From Lama guanicoe (taxonomy: Eukaryota): a DNA stretch of 64,000 nt. Below the pieces are notes generated by a model. It was not told the DNA's origin. It did not search any database and was given only the letters and a program-made list of their open reading frames with translations. The translations under genes were made by a program, and so were the position numbers. Below are positions 1-11,752 of this stretch, in pieces (positions within the stretch are counted from its first letter, which is position 1; the number at the start of each line of letters is the position of its first letter). The stretch lies in NCBI GenBank assembly GCA_013239625.1, contig MU053588.1, forward strand, positions 2,676,508-2,740,507, in the 5' to 3' direction.

Positions 1-588
1 TCCCTTATGGAAGGGAAGTGGCAGCATCTTGCTTGCAACGTTAGGCTAACCTCTGGCTGGAACCAGGACTCTGACCCCAGCAGTTGAGTATGTTCCATTG
101 AACAAGACCTCATGATCTTTCCAAGGGGTGGAACCTATACTTTCCTGACCTTGGAGAGATGACAACATGGACTTTCCTGACCCCTGGTCCTGGCTCCTGC
201 TGTGTTGTGTAACCTGGTACTGAACTTGGGTCCTTTTTTCAGGCCCAGAAATCACTGATGGGGGAACATGAAGTGCTTTCCACTTAATCCTCACCCTTTG
301 AGGTAGGTGGTGTTATCACCTACACTCTATAGCTGAAGGGAGTGAAGCACAGAGAGGTTAAGACCTTGCCCAAGGTCACACAGCAATCTAGAGGTAAAAT
401 CAGGCATCAAACGCAGACAATCTAGTTCTGGAGCCTGTTATTTCAACCACTTCACTGTGCTGCCTTTCCAAGAAAAATGTGAATAGAATAAAATAAATGC
501 ATGTAAAATAGACCATGAAGGCACATTAATTGGTGATCCTGGAGTAAAAACATCAATAAAACAATGAGACGTGATAGATCTTATCACT

Positions 589-620
<32 letters not shown>

Positions 621-884
621 ACAAAGACATCTCTTTCATGCAGAGATGAGACATTGAGAAACAGAAAGGAAAACAGATAGAAAGGGTGAGAGGCAGAAGA
701 GGATATAAGTTCTGGGGGAAAGGGTTCTATAGATAAATAAGCAAAGGAGAGAATGGGTTAAACAAAGGTAAAGTGGTTTATTTTTCCTGCAGGACTTCTC
801 AGGGCCTTTAGATTGCTAATGTGTGCTGTCAGTAACTCACCAAGAGCGGGTTCAGAATTTACAGCAGCTCCCAGGCCATTTGAC

Positions 885-911
885 TTTCTTTCTTTCTTTC
901 TTTCTTTCTTC

Positions 912-981
<70 letters not shown>

Positions 982-1147
982 CTCTTTCTTTCTCTCTTTC
1001 TCTAAAAAACTTTCTTTCTTTCTTTCTTCCTTCCTTCCTTCCTTCCTTCCTTCCTTCCTTCCTTCCTTTCTTTCTCTCTTTCTTTCTTTCTTTTCTTTCT
1101 TTCTTTTTCTTTCTTTCTTTTTTTTCTTTCTTTCTTCCCTTTTTTTT
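885..1147. repeat. Compound (CTTT)n/(CTTC)n microsatellite
   Basis: Direct inspection; source of the spurious K/E/R-rich and F/L/S-rich ORFs. Confidence 0.97.
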
Positions 1148-2299
1148 ATAGGACCCATCACCATCTCCCAGGTCAAGGTGGAGGGAGCACACTCCAGGAA
1201 GTGTTCACATGTCAGAATTAAGCACTAATTTTTAGAGTCAGACAGACTGAGTCTCAAACCTCAGCTTCATCATTTATCTGTCATGCCCGACACTTGGGCA
1301 AGTGTCTGCTCCTCTTTGAGCCTCAGGTTTCCTCATTGGGAAAATGTGGGTACCTACCCTACAGGGTGGTTGTGAGAATGGAACTGAGACCCAGTATGCG
1401 GGCAGCTTGGTACATAGTAAGTGCTCAGTGAATACATCGCTGAGAGACAGACTCAGAGACTGCGGCTGAGGGAGGCAGAGGGACAGACAGACCCAGAAAG
1501 AGAGTGAGAAACTCAAGACAAAGTGATAGTGTGACCATGAAGGACACAGTAAGCATTCACTTATTCATTCAACAAACATTTATTGGTTACCTACATTTAT
1601 TGAGCCCTATTCTAGGCACTGGAGATGCAGCAGTGAACAAAACAGGTAAATACCCTGGCTCTCACAGAGCTAACATTCTGTAGGAGGGACAGATGATAAG
1701 GAAACAGCGATAAATATAGTAGTTCACAGAGCGACAGTTAAAATTCAGGCATCAAGTCCTGGGTTACCCTTCCTGGTTGTTGTTCTGCCAGCGTTCATTT
1801 TGATTGATCTGTGTCTACGTGTACAAAGTGCAAGGTAGTTTGATTATCTTCCTTGGAGTGTGGCAAGTGGAGCAGGGTTAGGAGGCACAAAGAAGGAAAC
1901 TGTGATACTGGAGGCTTTAAGAGGACAGGCATGGTGAAGAGATAACGAAAGATGGCAAGAAAACATGGAAGCCCAGAGACTGAAGAACAGAGAGACAGAC
2001 ATAGACACATGGGGAAATGAAGGCACACTGAGAGACAGGAAAGGACTGAGGGAGCTGGTGAGGGCCTGAGGGAGCTTGTGAGAGGCCGAAGGAGCTAGTA
2101 AGGGGGATGAAGGAAAAGTCAGGAGCCACCTAAGCCAGGCTGAAAGGCTGAAGGAAAAGCGGGGACCAGGATCACAGGGTGAAGGATCAAAACTATGCCC
2201 TGCCGGGCCCCTGGCACCTCCTCCTCAAACTGTGGGAGCCTGCACTGATCACTGCCTCCATTTCCCAACCTGGGCCAGGTCCTCAGCATCCAGCCCCCA

Positions 2300-2450
2300 G
2301 GGCCCTGCCAGTGATTCTGCCATGTTTCCTCTTTCTTCTCCTTGTGGGCCTGCCCCTCTGAAGCCAGGTCCGGGCCTCCCATGCTGGCCTGCCCCCAGGC
2401 CTGCCATCCCTCCCGGGACTGAGCGACCTCCTGCAGGGTCTGCTCAGGAT
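2300..2450 (+). pseudogene. CYP2 pseudogene exon 1 relic
   Basis: ALPVILPCFLFLLLVGLPL*SQVRASHAGLPPGLPSLPGLSDLLQ: hydrophobic anchor plus a degenerate LPPGPxPLPxxGNLLQ motif; in-frame TGA; no ATG. Confidence 0.6.
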
Positions 2451-2806
2451 CAGCAAGCAGGGAGGGAGCAAAGTGTGCGGGAGCCTAGCTTCCCCCTGCG
2501 TCCCCCGCCCTCTCCTGGCTGCAGACCGTGGTGGGCTTGGGCAGGGGCAGGATGAGGTCTGAGAGAGGGGAGGGCATGGGGAGATTTCCTCATCAGAAAC
2601 ATGGAGACACCCAGAGTCAGGGAGACAGCAAGAGACGGAGACAGACAAAGAGAGGAAAGGGGAGGGAAAGAGACACAGAGACAGACGCTGAGAATCCCGG
2701 AGAGAAATACAGAGACAGGGCAGAGAGACAGAAGGAGACAGAGACTCAGGGAGAGAAAGAACATGAGAGCAAGAGAGGGAGGCAGAGAGACCTCGAGACA
2801 GGAGCA

Positions 2807-2976
2807 GGGGGGAGGGCATAGCTCAAGTGGTAGAGAGCATGCTTAGCACATGTGAGGTCTTGGGTTCAATCTCCAGCTTATTTATTATTTAATTTATGTA
2901 TTAAGAATAAATAAATATATAAACCTAATTACCTCCCCTAATCAGAAAAAAAAGAGAGAAACTTTTTAAAACAAAC
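2807..2976 (+). mobile_element. tRNA-derived SINE (camelid Vic-1-like)
   Basis: A box tagctcaagtgg, B box gggttcaatc, tail aaacctaattacctcccc; near-TSD agacaggagca/agacaggaaca. Confidence 0.85.
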
Positions 2977-3649
2977 AAGACAGGAACAGAGAGTCACAGA
3001 AAGACAGAGACACACACACTGAGACCAAGAGACCAAGGGGGACAGAAATACAAAGGTGAGGAGAGCACAGGGCCAAGGCCCAAGGAAGGCGGCCCGGAGA
3101 CACGGAGAAATGACACAGAGACACTCAGGATCAGAGACACAGAGGCACAGAGATGCCTGGAGAGACCCAGAAACAGTGCGATGGAGACACAGGGGCAGCC
3201 CCAGCGACAACCAGAGATGGACAGACGGACGCGTGGCGAGGGGAGGCCGGGCCGCGGGCCGCTCGGAGGGCGCTGGGCTCTGGGTCAGTTCACCCCAGCA
3301 AGGCCCTTGTGGGAAGTGTCTTGGCTAGTGGTTAAGCACCTGAAGGCTGCTGCCAAAGGACCTAGGTTCGAATCTTGGTTCCAATGCTATCTGTATGACG
3401 GCTTGTGGGTTTTTTAGCCTCAGTGCCTCTCTTTTCTCACCTATAAAACGAGAATAATGTCCACTTCCCATCCCCAGGGATGCTGTGAGAATTCAGTCAG
3501 GTGACAGATCTAAAGCACTTAGACCCGGGCACATAATACTTAATAAACGTTGTTTTTCTGCTAAAGCCAATTCCTACGACAGGTTTGCTATTAGTCCTCT
3601 TCTGCCCATTTACATGTGACAGTGCGCTGTTGTCTCACAATAATGTTTT

Positions 3650-3975
3650 TAACTGCATAGGATTAAAAGCATTAAAGAAGCCAGGCACACAAAGTTATGT
3701 ATTGCATATGATTACATTTCTATGAAATATCCAGAAAAGGCAAATTCATGGACAGAGAAAGCAGATTAGGGGTTGCTGGGGACTGAGGGAAGGGAGAATG
3801 GGGAGCGGCTGCCCAGTGTACACAGGGCTTTCCTTTGGGGTGATGAGAAGTTTCTGGAACTAGATAGTGATGTGGTTGTACATCATGCATGTACTTCATG
3901 CCACTGAATTGTACACTTTAAAGTAGTCAAACGGTAAATCTTATGTGTGTTTTACCACAATAAACATTTTTTAAT
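3650..3975 (+). mobile_element. Old L1 (L1MB-like) 3' end
   Basis: tatgaaatatccagaaaaggcaaattcat...gtgatgagaagtttctggaactagatagtg...ttttaccacaataaa. Confidence 0.75.
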
Positions 3976-4045
3976 TTATAAATTCCCACAAAAGTCAATT
4001 TTATTAAAATAGTTACCAGAATGTTAAAAAAAAATAAACCAAATT

Positions 4046-4165
4046 TGGGGGGAGGATATAGCTCAGTGGTAGACTGCGTGCTTAGCATGCACGAGGTCCT
4101 GAGCTTAACCCCCAGTACCATCATTAAATAAATAAATAAACCAAATTACCCCCCACCAAAAAACT
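4046..4165 (+). mobile_element. tRNA-derived SINE (Vic-1-like)
   Basis: ggggaggatatagctcagtggtagactgcgtgcttagcatgcacgaggtcc. Confidence 0.85.
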
Positions 4166-4984
4166 GAAAAATGATCTTATAAAAATTTTTAAAATTTGTA
4201 CTGTATTATGTTCTTCTCATGAACATGTTAAATAAAAAAGACCTAGAGGCAGGTCTGTAAGCACTGTAATTTTAGAGTGGTGATGAGTCTGAATGACGTT
4301 TCCAAGGCTGAAGCTGTAATGTGCTATGAAAATACCTGTGGTTTCCACTGGTGATGAAGCCATCGCTTTGGACACGACTTTCCCTGTGATCTGCCTTCAT
4401 AACCAAAGGAAAGGCTAAATTTCAGAAGGTCAGTGGAAAAGATGCAATTTTGTTTCCCATCTAAGTTCATGTGCCCCCTGAATTCTAGTCGAGCCTGGAC
4501 CCTTGTTAAAGAATTCCTGGTCTAGAGGCTTCATACCTGGGTCCTGGAGTCCTGTAACCCTGGATTTAAAAGTTATTTCTGCCATGTGTAAGTTTCTACA
4601 AGTGGTGTCCTCCCTCAGCCTCTGCTTTTTCATCTATAAAACAGGGATTTATAAAATTTTTTGCAAATCGTCATAAGCATTAAACAAGAACAAGGACAGT
4701 GAATGAATCACCCAGATCACCCAGGAGGGCAGGAGCCAGGACCTGAGGTCAGGAAAGTCCACTTTGGCATCTCTCCAAGGTCAAGAAAGTGCAGGTTCCA
4801 CCCACTCAATGAAATGTGCCACAAAATGAACAACAATAAATAAAGGTCAGGAGGCAGAAAAAATTTAAGATATAGAAATCCCAGTTCCTACGGGGTATGG
4901 ACCAAATCTGTTTGGTGTTTTCAGCACCCAGTTCGGTGTTTGACTCACAGGAGGGGCTCAGAAGATGATCACGGCATGAATGAC

Positions 4985-5250
4985 TGTATTATGGGTTTCA
5001 GCTGTGTTAGCCAAAAATTGATATATTGAAGTCCTAACCCCCAGTATCTCAGAATATGACCTCTTATAAAAACCCTTATGGTGGCATTGGGCCCATCCAG
5101 ATAATCCAGAATAATCTCCCCAATTTAAGATCCTTAACATCATCACATCTGTAAAGTTCCCTACATCATGAAAGGCAACGTATTCCCAGGTTTTGAAGAT
5201 TAGGATGTGGAGATCTTCGGGTGGTGGGGAAGGGCATTATGACAGCTACC
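4985..5250. mobile_element. MaLR (MLT1-like) fragments
   Basis: gaagtcctaacccccagtatctcagaatatgacc and gggcccatccagataatccagaataatctccc. Confidence 0.6.
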
Positions 5251-5267
5251 ACATGTGACCTTCCTCT

Positions 5268-5630
5268 TGTTGCAAACTGAGTCTATGGGAAGCGACTCTG
5301 AAATGACATTAGCGCATAAGACCTCTATTAGGTCTGGGGGGTTGGCACCTGGGGGAGAGAAGGAAGGGGAGCGGGACTGGGGAGAGGGAGAAGTCAAACC
5401 ATGATGTAGTCTCTGGGGACATCTCCCGGACACTTTACCAGGCATTCTGGAGGTGCAGTGACCCTTCAGCGCTGTCTCAGGTTGGGCAAGATGTCTGGCC
5501 CCTGCACGGAGCAGCCAAGAGAGGGGCTGGCTGGGAAGGGGCTGACAGCTGAGGGCAGCCCAGCAGCAAGCGATTTAAGTCCTTTATTCCTAAGGACGGA
5601 TCTGGGCAGTGCGTCACGGCGTCCGCTTCA
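5268..5630 (-). mobile_element. Old ERVL LTR (LTR16-like)
   Basis: End ggatctgggcagtgcgtcacggcgtccgcttca and internal gctgacagctg resemble the LTR16 family as I recall it. Confidence 0.5.
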
Positions 5631-5788
5631 GGATTTACCAGAACTCTCAAAGTGAGGCCAATTCCCTAAATATACATTTCTTCAGTATAAGTAGAATTGG
5701 CTAATACATCCTTGAAATACTTGCTCAAAAGTAGGTAGGCGCCCAGGGCGACAACTTTCTCTTTCCCACCCTCTTCTGAATGGAGCAG

Positions 5789-6412
5789 AACTCATACAGC
5801 AAGAGATTGACTGTGTGGTGGTGTGACAGAAATGGCAGGCCAGCCAAGAAACAAGCACGACTCAGAGCGTTGGAGTACTCAGATTGATTACGCCGGTGGG
5901 CTCAGGGGGGCTTCTGCTCCAAAGCTCTGAGCACCTCCAAGACGTGTGCATGGGGTTTTATATGGTTAATTACAAGCTTGGGGTATTCGGCCAATAGGCA
6001 TGCAACAGCTTTAGCAGCATCATTGTTACAAAAGCAGAGGCAGGGAGGCAGCAAACCAACATTTCAAGGCCAGATATGTCTCTCTGAAAATCCAGCTGGC
6101 TAGCAAAAAAAACATGAACAGGGAATCAGCAAACTGACACTTATTAACTTAGATTTACAAGTTACCCCAGCAGAACTCAAATCAGTAAACTGACACTTGT
6201 TACACTTAGATTTGTGAGTTAGCTTGTTAGCCCAGCCTGGCTTTTCCTTCACAGTGGGGCCAGAGAGATGGCCCTGCCTGGGGGATAGAGCCCAGATGCC
6301 ATACACAGATGCTGTCCTCCATGAGATCCTGAGGTTTGCAGACATCCAACCTTTGGAGGTGCCCCATGCTGTCACCCAGAACACCCAGTTCCGGGGATTC
6401 CACATCCCCAGG
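5789..6412 (+). pseudogene. CYP2 pseudogene exon 7, split by a solo LTR (5789-5821 + 6258-6412)
   Basis: Rejoined pieces total exactly 188 nt: [62 protein letters not shown]. Acceptor cag intact; donor reads AT instead of GT. Confidence 0.92.
5822..6253 (-). mobile_element. Solo LTR (ERV1-like), copy A
   Basis: TG...CA ends; 4-bp TSD GTGG (5818-5821 and 6254-6257); TATAAAA on minus strand; homologous to 7732-8141. Confidence 0.92.
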
Positions 6413-7365
6413 ATACAGACTGAGTATGGGTACAGACACTTGGGTTCAGCTGGTGTTTCCGGTCTGCTAGATAGAGACGCAAGACTGGGCCTCGCAGTAT
6501 CAGGTTCTTGAGTTCTTCCATAGCCTGACTCCCACCCCACCTCCCTCAACCCAGCAAGTCTGGGATTGCGAGCTCCCTGATGGAACACCAAAGCACAACA
6601 GTTGAGAACTAGGACTCTGGAGTCATCTAGAATCCCTGCACCTCCACTTCCCAGCTGTGCAACTCTAGGCAAGTGACTCAACATCTCTGAGCCTCGGTCT
6701 CTTCTTCTATACAATGGGTATAATAACCATACCTCTGCTGTGTGGTTGTGAGGATCCAGTGGGTTGACGGTATATAGTAAATTCTGAAAAATGTTACTGT
6801 TCTGATTATTTTTACAACCAGATGTCTGATTATTCTTGTTCTGATTATTTTTACACGAAAGCCAGAATGGTCTTATAAAACCTGTTAGGTCACATCCTTC
6901 CACTGCTCAAAACTCCTCCATGGCTCCCATCTCACTCTAAGTGAAAATCAAGGGACCCTGCCTGATCTGCTCTCCAATTTCCCACTTGATGTTCATCTCC
7001 TACAATCTCTTCCTAGCTCACGCCAACCCACTTGACCCCCTCAGTGTCCTTACATATTCTAGGGCTTCTTTCATTCTCAGGGCCTTTGTGCTGCTGTTCC
7101 CCAGCTTGGAAAGCCCTTTACTCAGAGATGCTCACAGCTCACTCTCTCCTCTCCTTCAGAACTTATTCAGAAGTCACCTTCTCCAGGAGGCTTTCCCTGG
7201 CCCCCCAGTGAACAGTGGCACAGTGTATAGGGAAGGGTCTGCCTGGTCTTTCAGAGGGACGGGATGGGTGGAGATGTCACCATGAAGGGGAGATGGGGCT
7301 CCTAGGGAACCACGTCTGGGGAGAGAAGTCCCGGGTCTATGCCTACCATCGTGATCACAGAGGAT

Positions 7366-8211
7366 CTTAAGTCGGTTTCCTAGAAACAGACTGTGAGATG
7401 GCAGTGTGCACACAGGAGGTTCACAGGGGAAGCTTCTAGGGAGTGACACCTGCGGGGAAGCTGGGGCAGCAAGATGGGTTAGCAGGTGGCAGTGGACGGT
7501 GACACAGCTACACAGAAGACCCAGCCAGTCCCACAGGGAACTCTGGGACTATGCTGCCCCCCAGAGCTGTCCCAAACCAGAGCAAAGAGCTGGCTTCATA
7601 CTCCAGCATCAACCAGTGGTTGGATGTGGCTTTCCTCGGGGAGGAGCTCTGACTGAGGCCAACAACCTCCCTTTGGCCAAAGGCAATTCGTGGAAAGCGA
7701 TCAGGTCTGAGCTGTTAGCCACAGACACACTTGTGAAGGAAAAGCCCAGCTGGGCTAACAAGCTAAGTCACAAATCTAAGTGCATCAAGTGTCGGATTAC
7801 TGATCTGAGTTCTGCTGGGCTAACTCATAAATCTGAAGTTTAGTGTCAGTTTACTGGGCTAACAAGCTAACTCGTAAATCCAAGCTCAACAAGTGTCAGT
7901 AACGTGATCTGTTCCAAATTGATAAGCTCCAGTGTACTGATTCCTTGCTTTTTGTTGTTTGAACCTTATTGGCTAATAGCCCCATACTTGTAATTAACCC
8001 TATAAAACCTCATGTGCACGTCTTGGAGGTGCTCAGAGCTTCGGAGCAGAAGCCCCTCTGAGCCCGCCGGCGTAATAAATCTGAGTACTCCAACCCTCCG
8101 AGTGGTGCTTGTTTCTTGGCTGGCCTGTCATTTCCGTAACACACTCAGTAGCTAAGAGTTAATGTCTCAGTCAGCCAAGGAATTCTGGGCGGCCACCATG
8201 TTGTCCACTAC
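7366..8211 (-). mobile_element. Old ERVL LTR (LTR16-like) interrupted by solo LTR copy B
   Basis: Starts tcttaagtcggtttcctagaaacagactgtgaga and ends ctgggcggccaccatgttgtccactaca. Confidence 0.55.
7732..8141 (+). mobile_element. Solo LTR (ERV1-like), copy B, same family as copy A
   Basis: TG...CA ends; TSD CACT (7728-7731 and 8142-8145); TATAAAA near 8001, AATAAA near 8074; repeated gggctaacaagctaa units in U3. Confidence 0.92.
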
Positions 8212-8522
8212 ACAGGGCAGGACACCAGCGGAGGTCCAACCTTGTCTCAGTATTTGGTAGCATGAGATGAACTAACAACCAGCAAATAAAGCCAGCCTTC
8301 TTCTCCTTCTCTGACAAAGAGACCTTCCCAATGACCTGGAAAGCTTGGATACTGGATACTCTCAGACTTTCTCAAAGGAATGCAACAGTTCAGGGAGGGC
8401 TGGCGCTGGCCCAGGGTACCTGACCCACGTCCCTTTCCTTCCCACTTCCGGGTCCATCCTGTACCCCAGCCCACATGTGCCAAGCTCCATCCATGCCCAT
8501 AACCAGCCACTCCACCACCAGG

Positions 8523-9122
8523 TGAGACCAGAAGGAAGGGGGCAGGGCACAGCCATTAAAAGAATGACACAGCAATTAGCACCAAGATGGTGGACGATTC
8601 AACTCCCAGTAAACCTTGAGCTTCAATAGCTAGACGCTCGTTGAAATACAATAGCATGCTAAATGGTACTCCCACAGGTGCCAGGACAGTTTCAAGTTTG
8701 ACCATAAAAGGTCAAAGAGTGGGTGACAGCCCAGTTTCTGGGAACCCCACCCTCTTCCCCAAAGAAGTTGGAATAACCCTCCTACTTGTTAGCATATGAA
8801 GTTACCCAGCCCAAAGCAACGCAATACGAGGCCTTGCGGCTGCCTCTGTCACTCCCTCCTCTTTGGAGTGTGTGACTACTTTTACTTTAAACTGAGCACC
8901 TAACCCCAACACCTTGTGGCCTTTCTCTTGCCTTCTGAAACAGCCTGCACTCTGTCTATGGAGTATGTATGTCTGAATAAATCCACCTTTACTCAACTGT
9001 GGCTCTCTCTTGAATTCTTTCCTGCACAAAGCCAAGGACCCACACTGGATAGGGTCATGTCCCGGGGACTCAACCAAGACCTAGGACATGCCCTCCTCTG
9101 GCCCCACATTTTTTCTCTATCA
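8523..9122 (+). mobile_element. ERV1-type solo LTR
   Basis: TGAGA...ATCA ends; AATAAA near 8976 followed by a typical U5 ctcttgaattctttcctgc..aagccaaggaccc; TSD not clean. Confidence 0.7.
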
Positions 9123-9384
9123 GGGGTGTGCACGCAGCAGGGATGCAGGTTGTCCTTGGAGGATGGGCCTAGGGAAGTGGACTCCTGGGCTCTGGATGTG
9201 GACTTGAAGCCATTGCACAGAGAATTCTGCAGTCCCAGGTGTGCAAAGGGACCTTCAGAGCAGAGTCATGGGCACCAAAAAACCAGGGACCCTCAGCCCA
9301 CAGGCCGCTCCCCCCATTTTACAGGCAGGGCTGGAGGAGGGTCAGAGGGCCTAGATCTGTTTCTTTCTCTCTTTTTTCCTCCTT

Positions 9385-9935
9385 TTAAAAAAATTGTAGT
9401 AAAATATAAACAACATAAAATTTACCCTTTTAACCATCGTTACGTGTAGAGTTCACTGGCATTAAGCACATTCACATTTTGTGCAAGCATCACCACCATG
9501 CGTCTCCCACACTCCATGTGTTGCAAATCTGAATCTCTGTCCCCATTAAACAATTCTCTATTCCCCTTCCCCTCACCCAGCCCCTGGCAACAACCCTTCT
9601 AGCTTCTGTCTCTATGAATCTGGCCACTCGAGGAAACTCATATAAGTGCGATCATACAGTATTCATCCTTTTGTGACTGATGTATTTCACTTAGCATAAT
9701 GTCCTCAAAGTTCATCCACGGTGTAGCACATCTCAGACTGTCTTCAGTTTTTAAGGCTGAATCATATTCCCTTGTGCGGATATAGCACATTTCGTGTATC
9801 TATTCATCTGCTGATGGGCTCTTGAGGTGTTTCTACCTTTTGGCTGTTATGAATAATGCCATCATGAACATGGCCGTACAACTCTCTCTTCAAGTCCCTG
9901 CTTTCAAATCTTTTGGGTACATACCCAGGTCTGGA
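9385..9935 (-). mobile_element. Old L1 (L1MA/MB-like) 3' end
   Basis: aacataaaatttacccttttaacc...cttagcataatgtcctcaaagttcatcca...ggctgttatgaataatgc. Confidence 0.8.
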
Positions 9936-10829
9936 TCTGTTTCTGAGAAGTCCTTTCAGACACTCTCTCCAGGCCTGAGTTGCAGCAGAAATATTGAGCT
10001 TCAATCACCTCCAAAATCACCCCCAAATCTCACCAAATTTCAGTGAGCCCACAATGCACAGGTCTTGGTGAGGGGTGCCAGTGGCAATGGTGAGGGGTGC
10101 CAGGAAGGAGAGAAGTTTGCCAGGGGAGTGCCCAGATCTTGGTCCTCAGCAGCCTGAAAGTTCCCGAATGTCCTTAGTGTTGGCTGGATGTTTGCTTGAA
10201 TGAATAGCAAAAGTGACCTTAGGTGGAGAGGTTAAGAAATCTATGACTTGCTCAAAAGCAGTTAAAATCGCTAAAGATGATCTAAAATATGTGAAAGTTC
10301 TCACAATGGGCTGAAATCTGCTTTTGTGGTCAGAAGTGATGTGAATAATACCAGAGGGGCCACTAGCCCCTTCTGATGCACGTTTGGGAAAATAAAAAAA
10401 GAACCTTCTCCAGGCAAGTGGCCTGTGGAATGCATGGTATGAAGAAAAAGGGCCCATCTGGGATTTTCATCCTGCTGTGCAAGGCACAAACTTTGTGACC
10501 TCATGTGGCAGCCCTGAGTAATAATTATCACTTGTTATGTGCCAAGTGATTCTCAGTATAACACAGAATCCTTTGAACAGATACTATTCTTGTTCCTATT
10601 TTGCAGACGGAAACACTGAGGTTCAGAGAGAAGTCACTTGCCCAGTCATGCAGCTGGGAAGTGACAGAGCTGGGGATTGAGCCCAGGTTCACGGACCCCA
10701 GAGACCATAGTCTTCCCACCCTGCTGCTCCCCAGGGCCGAGGAAACCAGGAAGCTTTGGACCAGAAGCACATCTCTGGGTGCTTTCCTGGGTGAGAAGCT
10801 GTGAAGTTCTGGGCAGACTCCTTCCACAA

Positions 10830-10975
10830 GGCACCATGGTGTTCCTGCTGCTCCACTCTGTCCTCCACAACCCTGACCAGTTTCAAGATTCATCCTCCTT
10901 CCAGCTCGAGAGTTTCCTGGATGCCAGTGGAACTTTTCAGAGGGGGCTCTCTGAAAAATCTGCCCTTCTCTGCAG
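10830..10975 (+). pseudogene. CYP2 pseudogene exon 8
   Basis: GTMVFLLLHSVLHNPDQFQDSSSFQLESFLDASGTFQR then frameshift to LPFSA; 146 nt versus canonical 142; acceptor CAA and donor AT are both dead. Confidence 0.88.
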
Positions 10976-11247
10976 ATCAGTGTCCAAGCCTTTGTCTAGG
11001 CTGGGACAGCTGTGTGGCTGTGGCTCCAGGGAGGATGCCTTCCCTCTCTGCACCTCCTCCTATAAAATAAGCAAGTAGTTTTCTGATCGCTGATTTGGAA
11101 GACATGGCACAGGCCAGGCTCAAGTGACGAGGGTGGATGGGGAGCACAGATGACCTCAAGCACAGTTAATCCTGAGGTCAATCCTCACCCAGGAGCTGTA
11201 CAGGGAGCCAGGCTTGCAAAAGAAAAAAAAAACACCCCAAGAAAGGG

Positions 11248-11752
11248 TTTTTTTTTTTTAACATTTTTTATTGATTCATAATCATTTTACAGTGTTGTGT
11301 CAAATTCCAGTGTTCAGCACAATTTTTCAGTCATTCATAGACATATACACACTCATTGTCACATTTTTTTCTCTGTGATTTATCATAACATTTTGTGTAT
11401 ATTTCCCTGTGCTATACAGTGTAATCTTGTTTATCTATTCTACAATTTTGAAATCCCAGTCTATCCCTTCCCACCCNNNNNNNNNNNNNNNNNNNNNNNN
11501 NNNNNNNNNNNNNNNNNNNNNNNNNNNNNNNNNNNNNNNNNNNNNNNNNNNNNNNNNNNNNNNNNNNNNNNNNNNNNNNNNNNNNNNNNNNNNNNNNNNN
11601 NNNNNNNNNNNNNNNNNNNNNNNNNNNNNNNNNNNNNNNNNNNNNNNNNNNNNNNNNNNNNNTGCTGCTATGCATTGGGGTGCAGGTGTCGTCCTGAAGT
11701 AGATTTCCTTCTGGATACAAGCCCAGGAGTGGGATTCCTGGGTCATATGGTA
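11248..11752 (-). mobile_element. Young 5'-truncated L1 with TSD, containing the assembly gap
   Basis: Poly-T followed by L1 3' UTR/ORF2-end sequence; direct repeat aagaaagggtttttt at 11239 and 11753. Confidence 0.85.
11477..11662. other. Assembly gap (186 N)
   Basis: Run of N. Confidence 1.

Noticed and set aside
1..270. Possible ERVL/MaLR internal fragment
   Set aside because: Only a vague resemblance, truncated by the window edge
758..1192. K/E/R-rich and F/L/S-rich ORFs (also 17701-18310)
   Set aside because: Translations of (CTTT)n/(GAAG)n microsatellites
2807..2880. tRNA-like sequences as tRNA genes
   Set aside because: They are heads of a dispersed SINE with shared tails and TSDs
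3200..3240. SDNQRW resembling exon 3 SNGERW
   Set aside because: Too short, in low-complexity purine-rich DNA, with no acceptor or continuing similarity
5600..5655. Possible pseudogene exon 6 tail (RHGVRFRIYQNSQ then gtgag)
   Set aside because: Mostly matches the terminus of the LTR16-like element; CYP similarity too weak
6798..6856. Triplicated tctgattatt units (CRISPR-like spacing)
   Set aside because: Small local slippage duplication in a eukaryotic repeat; no array structure
6100..6903. 267-aa minus-strand ORF
   Set aside because: Crosses MIR-like DNA, the antisense of pseudo-exon 7 and an LTR; no recognisable domain
5822..8141. Provirus bounded by the two similar LTRs
   Set aside because: LTRs are inverted, have different TSDs, and enclose no gag/pol/env
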